A stretch of DNA of 64,000 nt, taken from NCBI GenBank assembly GCA_945860585.1, contig CAMARA010000002.1, forward strand, positions 10,643 through 74,642, in the 5' to 3' direction. Positions 1-9,398 of the stretch are shown one piece after another. Each line of letters starts with the position of its first letter. Within the stretch, counting starts at the first letter, position 1. The position numbers and the translations under genes were made by a program. This DNA comes from Francisella tularensis subsp. holarctica (GTDB lineage Bacteria > Pseudomonadota > Gammaproteobacteria > Francisellales > CACEW01). Under the pieces are notes generated by a model. The model was not told where the DNA came from, ran no database searches, and saw only the letters and a list, made by a program, of their open reading frames with translations.

Positions 1-38
1 AATCGCTTTCATTTTATCATAAACCATCCAGAAGGGGA

Positions 39-482
39 ATGCCTGTGGAAGTCGTCAATAAAAAAATGTGGGTCCCCTATGCGCGGGAGGACGTCTATCG
101 CCTGATTGCGGACATTGATGCCTATGCCACATTTCTGCCCTGGTGTGTGGCCTCGAAAGTCCTGCAGCGCTGGGAAGGCGGGGTGGAGGCCAGTCTCACT
201 TTAAAAAAAGGAGGCCTCTCCAAAACCTTCGTCACCCGCAATCTTGAAGCCCTCAATGAAAAAATCGAGATGCATTTGGTCTCCGGCCCCTTCAAGCATT
301 TATACGGCGTCTGGCGCTTTCAAACCTTAAGCGAAGGCGTAGAAGTCAGTCTGGACTTGGAGTTTAGTTTTGAAAATAAGCTCATGGCCATGATGATCGG
401 CCCGCTGTTTCAACCCGTCGCCAATAGCTTGTTAGAAGCCTTCATGGCCCGCGCTGCGGAAGTATGTAGGAGTCAGAAGTAG
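39..482 (+). CDS. ratA: SRPBCC / RatA (YfjG, COQ10-like) family protein
   Basis: The 147-aa ORF has a polyketide-cyclase/START-like sequence (GPFKHLYGVWRF). rnfH lies downstream, as in the E. coli ratA-ratB pair. Confidence 0.75.
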   Translation: MPVEVVNKKMWVPYAREDVYRLIADIDAYATFLPWCVASKVLQRWEGGVEASLTLKKGGLSKTFVTRNLEALNEKIEMHLVSGPFKHLYGVWRFQTLSEGVEVSLDLEFSFENKLMAMMIGPLFQPVANSLLEAFMARAAEVCRSQK

Positions 483-491
483 GCAGCCATT

Positions 492-538
492 CCCCCTCTC
501 TCCCTCCTTCCTAGCGGAGGAGGGTTGGGGTGGAGGGG
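492..538. repeat. REP-like GC-rich palindromic element, copy 1 (CCCTCC..GGAGGAGGGTTGGGGTGGAGG)
   Basis: Imperfect hairpin directly after the ratA stop. The same motif recurs at 7794, 27546, 31027, 50461 and 54399. Confidence 0.8.
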
Positions 539-543
539 CCATC

Positions 544-573
544 TTGCATCACCCGGCAACAAAATGCTATAAT
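544..573 (+). promoter_or_regulatory. Sigma70-like promoter for the AbrB/RelE-like module
   Basis: TTGCAT (544-549), 18-nt spacer, TATAAT (568-573), just upstream of the antitoxin ORF. Confidence 0.5.
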
Positions 574-605
574 CCTACTATATGAAATTAGGAAAAGAGG
601 ATATT

Positions 606-884
606 ATGCTTGTAGATAGAATTAGTGATACGATCAAGCAAGTCGGTGCAAACGGACAGGTTTCTCTTGGCAGAGAATACGCAGGAGTGCAAATTCAAAT
701 CTCTAAAATGAGTGATGGAACTCTGCTCATTAAGCCAGGTCAGTTTATTCCTGACAATGAGCGCTGGCTTCATGCGGGAGAGAATCTTAAAAAACTAAAT
801 GCGGCGATTCACTGGGCAGGCAGTCATCCTCGGCGTGATAATTTTGATGAAATTGCCGAGACTATAGAAAAAAATGATAAGTAA
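606..884 (+). CDS. AbrB/SpoVT-like antitoxin
   Basis: Small ORF with a looped-hinge-like N-terminus (VGANGQVSLGREY..LLIKPG). A GAGG Shine-Dalgarno precedes the ATG at 606; the ATG at 582 is an alternative start. It overlaps the downstream toxin ORF by 11 nt. Confidence 0.6.
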   Translation: MLVDRISDTIKQVGANGQVSLGREYAGVQIQISKMSDGTLLIKPGQFIPDNERWLHAGENLKKLNAAIHWAGSHPRRDNFDEIAETIEKNDK

Positions 885-1185
885 ATCGTCTCCGCTCTTA
901 ATTGACATGAATTATCCAGATTTTCAAGCGCAATTATTTGCCCTGGAAAAACTAGAGCAGCGTGCCTTTCTGAATACACTTCGCAAAATTCAACAGCTCT
1001 CCTGGAATATGCTGTATCTCGATAAAGGGGTGCGTTGGGAGCTGATTACCTCTAAAAAAACGACCAAAGGAAACCCACTCTATTCTTTTCGATTTTCTCA
1101 AAAGTATCGCTGCATTGCTTATCGGGACGGGCAGCACCTTGTTTTGCTCCAGCTTTTTCCAGATCATGATGCTGCATACAATTGA
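874..1185 (+). CDS. RelE/ParE-superfamily-like toxin
   Basis: The 103-aa ORF has a C-terminal pattern typical of RelE/ParE (LYSFRFSQKYRCIAYRDGQHLVLLQLFPDHDAAY). It overlaps the antitoxin gene. Confidence 0.55.
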   Translation: MISKSSPLLIDMNYPDFQAQLFALEKLEQRAFLNTLRKIQQLSWNMLYLDKGVRWELITSKKTTKGNPLYSFRFSQKYRCIAYRDGQHLVLLQLFPDHDAAYN

Positions 1186-1203
1186 GTTTCTTGTGGGGGA
1201 AGG

Positions 1204-1500
1204 ATGTCAGAAAAAATAAAGATCGAAATCATCTATGCATTGCCTACGCAGCAAGATCGCCTCACTTTGGAGTTGCCAGCGGGCAGCACCGCAGCACAAG
1301 CCCTGCAGCAATCAGGCTTTATTGCTAAACATCACTTGGATATCCAGCATCTGCAATGCGGCGTTTTCAGTCGCCTGATCCCCTGGGAGGAGCCCCTACA
1401 AGATCAAGATCGTCTCGAACTCTATCGCCCCTTGAGCAGCGATCCCCGTCAAAAACGCCTGAGCAAAGTCAAGCGTAAGCTGCCGCGCCGCTGTGTGTGA
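1204..1500 (+). CDS. rnfH: RnfH (UPF0125, RatB/YfjF) family protein
   Basis: The 98-aa ORF has a ubiquitin-like RnfH signature (IEIIYALP..Q..L.L..G.T...A...SG; LELYRPL..DP). It sits in the usual position downstream of ratA. Confidence 0.75.
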   Translation: MSEKIKIEIIYALPTQQDRLTLELPAGSTAAQALQQSGFIAKHHLDIQHLQCGVFSRLIPWEEPLQDQDRLELYRPLSSDPRQKRLSKVKRKLPRRCV

Positions 1501-1570
1501 GGCTTTTCTTGTAATCAAAATTTAAAAAAATAGGTTGATTTTATTTTAAATATAAATTATGGAGAGGATT

Positions 1571-2764
1571 ATGCTTGGTGAAGATGCGGGTAGCAGTGGT
1601 GCAACAGTTTCTGATTATGATCATGGGAAGCTTATGCATTGTATGGAGGGGAGGCGTTCAAATGTTAAGAAGGTTTCTGGTTTGTTGCCTAAGACATTAA
1701 ATCCGAAGGTTATTTCGCAGCTTCAGTTAGATGAATTGCTTGTAAGAGTGTTAAAGCTTCAAAATGTTACTTTATTGAAAAATGTACTTTCTAGGGGTAA
1801 ATGTGATGAAAAAACTCAACTATCTACCTGGGTTGGTAATAATATAGAGAGAGTGGGTCTTGTTTTTAGGACCATATCAGTCGAGCTTATTGGTTGGTTG
1901 CCAGATGATGCATTGGCACTATACTTGCTAAGTTCCCCTATTCCCATCAAGCCTTTGTTTCCAGCAGAACGCGTGGATCGTATTAGGGGCAAGATGGTTA
2001 AGCAGGGCTGGATACGGACTGATGATTGTGAGCATTTGAAAAAGGTCTCGCTGACTTTAAGTGTGAGGGCTGGTCGCGGTGTTCAGCTTTTGATTAGAAT
2101 GAAAGGGGGGTGTAATGCGTTGCTGGCATGTCCTACATTCGGTCCCAAAGATTTGGCTGAAGCAGAGGGAGCATTGAAAGAGTGGATTCGTGGCAAACAG
2201 AAAGACAAGCTGAGGGTTATTAGAGATGAGATTGAGCCTTATGTTTTGGCGTTTTTAAATGCTCGTGGTTATGATTGCAAGCCTGCTAAGAATCTATTAC
2301 TAAAAGCTGAGATCTTGGAGCATTTAAAGTCTGCCGTAACTCGTTTGGCGGCAGTTCCAGATCACGAAGCGCTAACAGCCGTCACTGAAGAAAAGCCTAT
2401 GCAGGCACCTGCTGCAGGTGGTGGAAGTGGTGCAGGTGCAGGAGGTGGCGCGGTGGTTCCATTTGTTCCGAGATCCTCTAAAAAAAGGCCTCGGCGGCCA
2501 GCATCAGCATCAGTGCCAGTGCCAGTGCCAGTGCCAGAGGCGGCTGTAGCTCCGCAGTCTCCAAAAGACGATGATCATAAAAGGGTGAAGCTCACTGCTA
2601 CAGGCGTAGGTGCAAGTAACGCAGGTGCTGGTTCGGCGAGTAGAGATTCAGTGCCTCAAGCAAGCTCATCTTCAGCGCTATATGGCCGTATGCCATTTCA
2701 TGATTTATTTGGGGAAGAAGACGCTGTGGCAGCCAGGGTGTTGGCGGGATTGCGCACAGCCTAG
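1571..2764 (+). CDS. AT-rich orphan protein with a Gly/Ala linker, a (VP)n tract and basic NLS-like motifs; candidate secreted effector
   Basis: Long ORF with GGAGAGG before the ATG at 1571 (alternative ATG at 1559). AGA/AGG Arg codons and A/T-ending codons contrast with the neighbours. It contains SSKKRPRRP and KDDDHKRVKL motifs. I recognise no family. Confidence 0.6.
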   Translation: MLGEDAGSSGATVSDYDHGKLMHCMEGRRSNVKKVSGLLPKTLNPKVISQLQLDELLVRVLKLQNVTLLKNVLSRGKCDEKTQLSTWVGNNIERVGLVFRTISVELIGWLPDDALALYLLSSPIPIKPLFPAERVDRIRGKMVKQGWIRTDDCEHLKKVSLTLSVRAGRGVQLLIRMKGGCNALLACPTFGPKDLAEAEGALKEWIRGKQKDKLRVIRDEIEPYVLAFLNARGYDCKPAKNLLLKAEILEHLKSAVTRLAAVPDHEALTAVTEEKPMQAPAAGGGSGAGAGGGAVVPFVPRSSKKRPRRPASASVPVPVPVPEAAVAPQSPKDDDHKRVKLTATGVGASNAGAGSASRDSVPQASSSSALYGRMPFHDLFGEEDAVAARVLAGLRTA

Positions 2765-2811
2765 ACGGTGGTGTTAAATATTGAACTATGCCAAGCATAT
2801 CTAGATGTCCA

Positions 2812-2931
2812 AGATCTATAATGCTGATTTTCTGTTTAAATCAGATTTGCTGATGCGAGTTCCGCAGCGCAGCGAGGACTTGTTTGAGCAGGCAGTAAAG
2901 CTGATTTAAACAGAGAATCGGTATAAGATCT
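2812..2931. repeat. MITE-like element A: ~31-33-bp terminal inverted repeats around a ~56-nt core
   Basis: AGATCTATAATGCTGATTTTCTGTTTAAATCAG (2812-2844) pairs with CTGATTTAAACAGAGAATCGGTATAAGATCT (2901-2931). The core resembles the core of element B in the opposite orientation. Confidence 0.65.
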
Positions 2932-2992
2932 ACAATGCGTTATAATGCCTTGCCAGGACCATTTACTGATGGGCTGATAGATTTGATAAAAA

Positions 2993-3101
2993 ATAATGCC
3001 AAATACCCTAAAAAATTATATTAATTCCTGCTCAGGCATACTCGGCTTTGCCTGCGAAGCTCGCATTAATTAATATAATTTTTTAGGGCATTTGGTATAA
3101 T
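2993..3101. repeat. MITE-like element B: 33-bp terminal inverted repeats (30/33 match) around a 43-nt core
   Basis: ATAATGCCAAATACCCTAAAAAATTATATTAAT (2993-3025) pairs with ATTAATATAATTTTTTAGGGCATTTGGTATAAT (3069-3101). Confidence 0.7.
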
Positions 3102-3194
3102 AAAGCGCGTAATCAGGAGAGGGCGGCGCTGATTGCAGTGGCTTGGCGAAGATGGAGAGCCGGCTGATTCTGCGTCATCAGCACCTGCAACAGT

Positions 3195-4901
<1,707 letters not shown>

Positions 4902-4981
4902 TCATGGTCTGTGCTGCCTGCTTGTTATCAAAAATAAAGATATATACTTATGCATAAGTTTAATTTAAAAGGTGGGATTTT

Positions 4982-5836
4982 ATGCATGCTGAAACAAGGC
5001 TGTTGTATCAAACATTGAGCGAAACTGAGCTGACTCGAAAGCCAGAAGAAGCGATCGTGCGGGTGGAAGGTGCGCTTAATGACGCTAATTTTGGGCGGAG
5101 CCCCTTAATGGATGCTTCGCATCATGGTAATCTTGAGTATGTGACGATTATCTTGAAGTATTTTCTGGTCAATCAACAAGATTTTCTTGGGTGGTCTGCA
5201 TTGCATTTCGCGGTGAAGGCAGGTCATGTGGCTGTGGTAAATGCATTGATTGCTGCTGGTGCAAATGTGAATTTACAAACTGGATCTGGATTAACTCCAC
5301 TGTTTTTGGGTTGTGATCTTCCTAACGATCGCCTGACTATTACGACAGCATTACTTGATGCAGGGGCTAATGCCAATCATTGCTGTGAAGCAGTCGATGA
5401 AAGTGTTTTAATGTTTAGAATATTATGCCAAGATTTTGAAGGGGCGCAGTGCTTGATTGAGAGAGCTAAAGTTAAAGTCAATATAAATTGGATGAATTCT
5501 AGTGGGGAGACAGCGTTAACATACCTTATCCGTGGTGGGCTAACTCGCTTCGATGATCGTTGTAAATTTTTTTTAGAATTTCTGTTGTATCATGGGGCGC
5601 TGTATCAGGAACATTGCAGAATCGGTGCTGCTGATATCGCGCGGGGAGAACTTTTGCGTTGTTGTCCAGTAATGGTTGATCTGATTGATAAGCACATGGC
5701 TGTTCGGGCAGGAGCAGGAGCAGGAGCAGGAGCATCCGGGAGTTTGGAGAGTACGGTATGGCGCGGTGCAGTTTCAGCAGGAGCAATGGGAGGCGCTGTA
5801 GGGGAGCCTGGTCTAGATGGTTCGGCCCATCTCTGA
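4982..5836 (+). CDS. Ankyrin-repeat protein with a C-terminal (Ala-Gly)n tract; candidate effector
   Basis: ANK consensus is visible (GWSALHFAVKAGHVAVVNALIAAGANVNLQTGSGLTPL; LLDAGANANH). The gene is AT-rich. A (GCAGGA)x4 repeat lies at 5708-5734. Confidence 0.75.
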   Translation: MHAETRLLYQTLSETELTRKPEEAIVRVEGALNDANFGRSPLMDASHHGNLEYVTIILKYFLVNQQDFLGWSALHFAVKAGHVAVVNALIAAGANVNLQTGSGLTPLFLGCDLPNDRLTITTALLDAGANANHCCEAVDESVLMFRILCQDFEGAQCLIERAKVKVNINWMNSSGETALTYLIRGGLTRFDDRCKFFLEFLLYHGALYQEHCRIGAADIARGELLRCCPVMVDLIDKHMAVRAGAGAGAGASGSLESTVWRGAVSAGAMGGAVGEPGLDGSAHL

Positions 5837-5871
5837 TATGATGAGCCTCTCTTTTTAGAAAAAGGCGCTTA

Positions 5872-7116
5872 ATGTTTTATCCCTTGAGTTTGGCGCTGGG
5901 TTTGCGATATACGCGGGCGCAGCGGAAAAACCATTTTATTTCTTTTATCTCGCTGATTTCGCTGTTTGGCATTGCGCTCGGGGTGATGGTGCTGATTACG
6001 GTGCTGTCAGTGATGAATGGCTTTGATCGTGAGATTAAGAATCGTATTTTGGAGATGGTGCCGCAGGTGACGGTGACAGGGCCGGGCGGGCAACTGGCGG
6101 ATTGGCAGGATTTGCAGAAGGCGCTGGTGGGGCAGGATCATATTGTTGCGGCGGCGCCGTTTGTGCAGGGGCAGGCCATGATTACGGGGACGTCCACCAA
6201 TCCGGGGTTTGTGGAGTTGGATGGAATTGATCCGCAGCAGCAATCTAATGTCTCGCCGATTGCCAGTAAAATGACCCTGGGAAGTTTGAGCAGCCTGGCG
6301 CCGCATCAGTTTCATATTATTCTAGGCGAGTCTTTGGCTCAGAGCCTGGGTGTGACCCTGGGCGATAAAGTCACGGTGTATGTGCCGCAAAGCAATTTTT
6401 CGCCGGTGGGGATCATGCCGCGGGTCAAACAATTTACGGTGACAGGGATTTTTGTCACAGGATATCAATTTGATAGTAGCTATGCTTTGGTGAATATTCA
6501 GGATGCCGGGGCTTTATTGCAACTAGGGCAAAACATTTCTGGTCTGCAGTTAAAGCTGACGGATCTCTTTTTGGCGGAACAAGTCAGTGCGGATTTGAGT
6601 CTCGCCCTGCCGAATTTAATGAGCTATACCTGGATCAGTCAGAATGCGAATTTTTTTGCTGCACTGAATATGGAAAAACTGATGATGTTTTTGATCCTGA
6701 CCCTGATCATTGCAGTGGCGGCGTTTAATATGCTGGCCTCGCTCGTCATGTTGGTGACGGACAAAAAAGCCGATATCGCCATCTTGAAAACCATGGGCGT
6801 ATCCACCCGACAGATCATGGGCATTTTTATGATTCAGGGCACGGTCATCGGTTGCCTCGGGACTTTGCTGGGTGTGGTTCTGGGCGTGATTCTATCCTGG
6901 AATGTGACCAATTGGGTCAATGATATTCAAAACTTATTCCATGTGCAATTTTTAAGTGCCAGTGTGTATTACATCGATTTTCTGCCGTCTTATCTGCAAT
7001 GGTCGAATGTGGTTTTAATTGTAATCATGGCCGTGGTGATGAGTTTTCTAGCGACCCTGTATCCGGCTTATAAAGCCTCACGCATCAATCCTGTGGAGGC
7101 TTTGCGCTATGAGTAA
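5872..7116 (+). CDS. lolC: Lipoprotein-releasing ABC transporter permease, LolC/LolE family
   Basis: 414 aa with an FtsX-like permease pattern and an N-terminus like LolC/E (LRYTRAQRKNHFISFIS). It overlaps lolD. Confidence 0.85.
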   Translation: MFYPLSLALGLRYTRAQRKNHFISFISLISLFGIALGVMVLITVLSVMNGFDREIKNRILEMVPQVTVTGPGGQLADWQDLQKALVGQDHIVAAAPFVQGQAMITGTSTNPGFVELDGIDPQQQSNVSPIASKMTLGSLSSLAPHQFHIILGESLAQSLGVTLGDKVTVYVPQSNFSPVGIMPRVKQFTVTGIFVTGYQFDSSYALVNIQDAGALLQLGQNISGLQLKLTDLFLAEQVSADLSLALPNLMSYTWISQNANFFAALNMEKLMMFLILTLIIAVAAFNMLASLVMLVTDKKADIAILKTMGVSTRQIMGIFMIQGTVIGCLGTLLGVVLGVILSWNVTNWVNDIQNLFHVQFLSASVYYIDFLPSYLQWSNVVLIVIMAVVMSFLATLYPAYKASRINPVEALRYE

Positions 7117-7783
7117 ATTAATTTTAGACGTGACGGATCTGAGCAAAGAATATCGCGAAGGAAAGCTGATCACGCCGGTGCTAAAGCACATCGATTTTCA
7201 ATTAATGTCACAAGAAACCATCGCGATTTTTGGGACATCGGGTTCCGGCAAAAGTACGTTTCTGCAATTGATCGGGGGCCTGGATCATTTTAGTTCCGGT
7301 GAAATTAAATTTGGTGATCAGGCCTATTCCAAACTCAGCGATGCCGAGAAAACCTATTTGCGGGAGGCGCATATTGGCTTCGTGTATCAGTTCCATCATC
7401 TGCTGCCAGAGTTGACCGCATTGGAGAATGTGCTGCTGCCGTTGATGATTCGCAAGCTGCCAATTGCCCAAGCTAAAACGCAAGCTGCTACCATTTTGGG
7501 ACAGGTCGGTTTGGCGCATCGTCTGCATCACAAGCCAGGTGAGCTTTCTGGCGGAGAACGTCAGCGCGTCGCCATCGCCCGGGCCTTGGTCAAAAAACCA
7601 AGCCTGTTGCTGGCCGACGAACCCACCGGCAATCTAGATAAAAAATCACGAGAACAAGTCATGGGCCTGATGTTAGAGATGAGTCAAGAGTATGATATCG
7701 CCTTGGTTTTAGTCACGCATGATGAATCCTTCGCCCAAAAGATGAGTCGCGTTTTAGTGATGGATGACGGAGTCTTGCGCTAG
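7109..7783 (+). CDS. lolD: Lipoprotein-releasing system ATP-binding protein
   Basis: Walker A GTSGSGKST, signature LSGGERQRV and Walker B LLLADEPT. It follows lolC. Confidence 0.9.
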   Translation: MSKLILDVTDLSKEYREGKLITPVLKHIDFQLMSQETIAIFGTSGSGKSTFLQLIGGLDHFSSGEIKFGDQAYSKLSDAEKTYLREAHIGFVYQFHHLLPELTALENVLLPLMIRKLPIAQAKTQAATILGQVGLAHRLHHKPGELSGGERQRVAIARALVKKPSLLLADEPTGNLDKKSREQVMGLMLEMSQEYDIALVLVTHDESFAQKMSRVLVMDDGVLR

Positions 7784-7793
7784 CTCTTTTTTT

Positions 7794-7828
7794 CCCCTCC
7801 TCCCTTGCGGAGGAGGGCAGGGTGGAGG
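7794..7828. repeat. REP-like palindromic element, copy 2
   Basis: CCCCTCCTCCCTTGCGGAGGAGGGCAGGGTGGAGG lies between the convergent lolD and permease genes. Confidence 0.8.
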
Positions 7829-7832
7829 AAAG

Positions 7833-9398
7833 TTACCCTCCAATCGCATCCACATAACGCTGACTGCGTTCGGCGGGGAGGGCGTAGTATTGAGCAATGA
7901 TCATCAGCAGCAGGGAAAACACGGCGATGAGGGGCATATCCCAGCGATTGCTGATGAAGCCGGTGCCGCCGCCAAAATTGCCGAGTTTGGAGATAATGCC
8001 TAAGCCATAGATATAGACCAGCGACCAAAGGCCGTGCCGTAGATCGAGGGGGACGCGTTTTTGGCGGAAGAACTGATATACGGCCATGACGCAGAGGCCC
8101 AGGGCAATGGCGATCAGCATTTTTGAATAGACCTGCCAGCCAGTCCAATATAAAATCAGATTGGAGAAAAAGAATGAGGCATAGCACCAGAGGCGATAGC
8201 AGGGGACTTTGAATGCGCGGGCTTGCTGGGGGAGTTGTTTGCGCAGCGCATGCGTGGAGAGCGGGCCGACTGCATAACCGAGGACAAATGCAGCAATCAG
8301 AAAACCCATCATTCCCTGCCAGCCGGGAACAGGAAAAAAGAGAATCATGCCGACGATAAAGTTTAAAATCACGCCCATGTAGGGCACTTGGCGCTGATTG
8401 AGTTTTTTCATCATTTTGGGAAAAAACCCGTTTTCACTCAGTGCATACGCGGTGCGGGAGCTAGTGGCCACGAAAATAACCGCGGTACCGAGCGGGGTGA
8501 TAATCGCCGTGCATAAAATTAAATAGTGGAGCCAGCTTTGATGTAGACCTTCGGCAATGCCGATGAAAGGACTGCTGGATTCAGGAAACTGGAGATGCGT
8601 CCAACCCTGGCTGATAGTGCTGGGGCTCACGGCGCCAATAAACGCAATTTGCAGCAGCAGATAAATGCCAAAGCAAATTAAGAGCGCGCCCCCCAGAACA
8701 AAGGGAATGGTTTTTTGCGCATTTTTTGCTTCGCCGGTGAGGGTGATCGCGGGTGCGGATCCGGCAAAGGCAAAGATAATGCCACCGAGAGAGAGCGCGC
8801 TTAAGCTGCTTTGCCAGCCATTGGGCATAAATTTCGGGGTGACAAAATTATGCGCCTGAAAGAGCAGGGCAATAATGATGATGCCCACCGATAGCGGGAC
8901 AATCAGCTTGATCCAGACCATCACCGCATTGTAGCGGGTGAGCCATTTCACACTGATGCAATTGATCCAGCACATCAAAAATAAAATACCGGCCGAGGCG
9001 CAATAGCCGTAGTTGGATAAGACGGCGCTGCCGTCTTTAAGCTTCAAGAGGCTGGGAAAGCTGCTGCCGAGATATTGGAGAATCCCCATGGTTTCCGCCG
9101 GTGCGACGGTGGCATAGCCGAGCCACATGATCCAGCCGAAAACAAAACTCGACAAGCCGCCGTGAGAAAATAACATAAAGCGTGCATGGGCACCGGTAAT
9201 CGGGAACATGCTAGTTAATTCAGCGAGGGTCATCGCAATCACCAACATCGCCACTGCCCCAATCAACCAGCTGAGAATGGCCGCCGGCCCTGCGATCTGC
9301 GAAGCATACATCGGCCCGAACAGCCAGGCAGAGCCCATAATGCCGCTGATTGCCGTAAACATTAAAGCCAGCGGTGTGATGGAGCGGGTCATTTTCAT
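7833..9398 (-). CDS. APC-family amino acid permease
   Basis: About 12 hydrophobic segments with APC-like sequence. The start MKMTRS at 9398 overlaps the pepB stop (ATGA). Confidence 0.8.
   Translation of the reverse strand: MKMTRSITPLALMFTAISGIMGSAWLFGPMYASQIAGPAAILSWLIGAVAMLVIAMTLAELTSMFPITGAHARFMLFSHGGLSSFVFGWIMWLGYATVAPAETMGILQYLGSSFPSLLKLKDGSAVLSNYGYCASAGILFLMCWINCISVKWLTRYNAVMVWIKLIVPLSVGIIIIALLFQAHNFVTPKFMPNGWQSSLSALSLGGIIFAFAGSAPAITLTGEAKNAQKTIPFVLGGALLICFGIYLLLQIAFIGAVSPSTISQGWTHLQFPESSSPFIGIAEGLHQSWLHYLILCTAIITPLGTAVIFVATSSRTAYALSENGFFPKMMKKLNQRQVPYMGVILNFIVGMILFFPVPGWQGMMGFLIAAFVLGYAVGPLSTHALRKQLPQQARAFKVPCYRLWCYASFFFSNLILYWTGWQVYSKMLIAIALGLCVMAVYQFFRQKRVPLDLRHGLWSLVYIYGLGIISKLGNFGGGTGFISNRWDMPLIAVFSLLLMIIAQYYALPAERSQRYVDAIGG

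Noticed and set aside
2935-3024. A 29-codon ORF (MRYNALPGPFTDGLIDLIKNNAKYPKKLY) between the two MITE-like elements.
   Set aside because: It has no ribosome-binding site. It runs into the inverted-repeat arm of element B and has no recognisable similarity. It is most likely fortuitous.
7764-8187. ORFs 7764..8003 (+) and 7780..8187 (-) around the lolD/permease junction.
   Set aside because: They start or end inside REP copy 2 (translation ..LLPCGGGQGGG..) and otherwise run antisense or out of frame to the APC permease. They are repeat artefacts.
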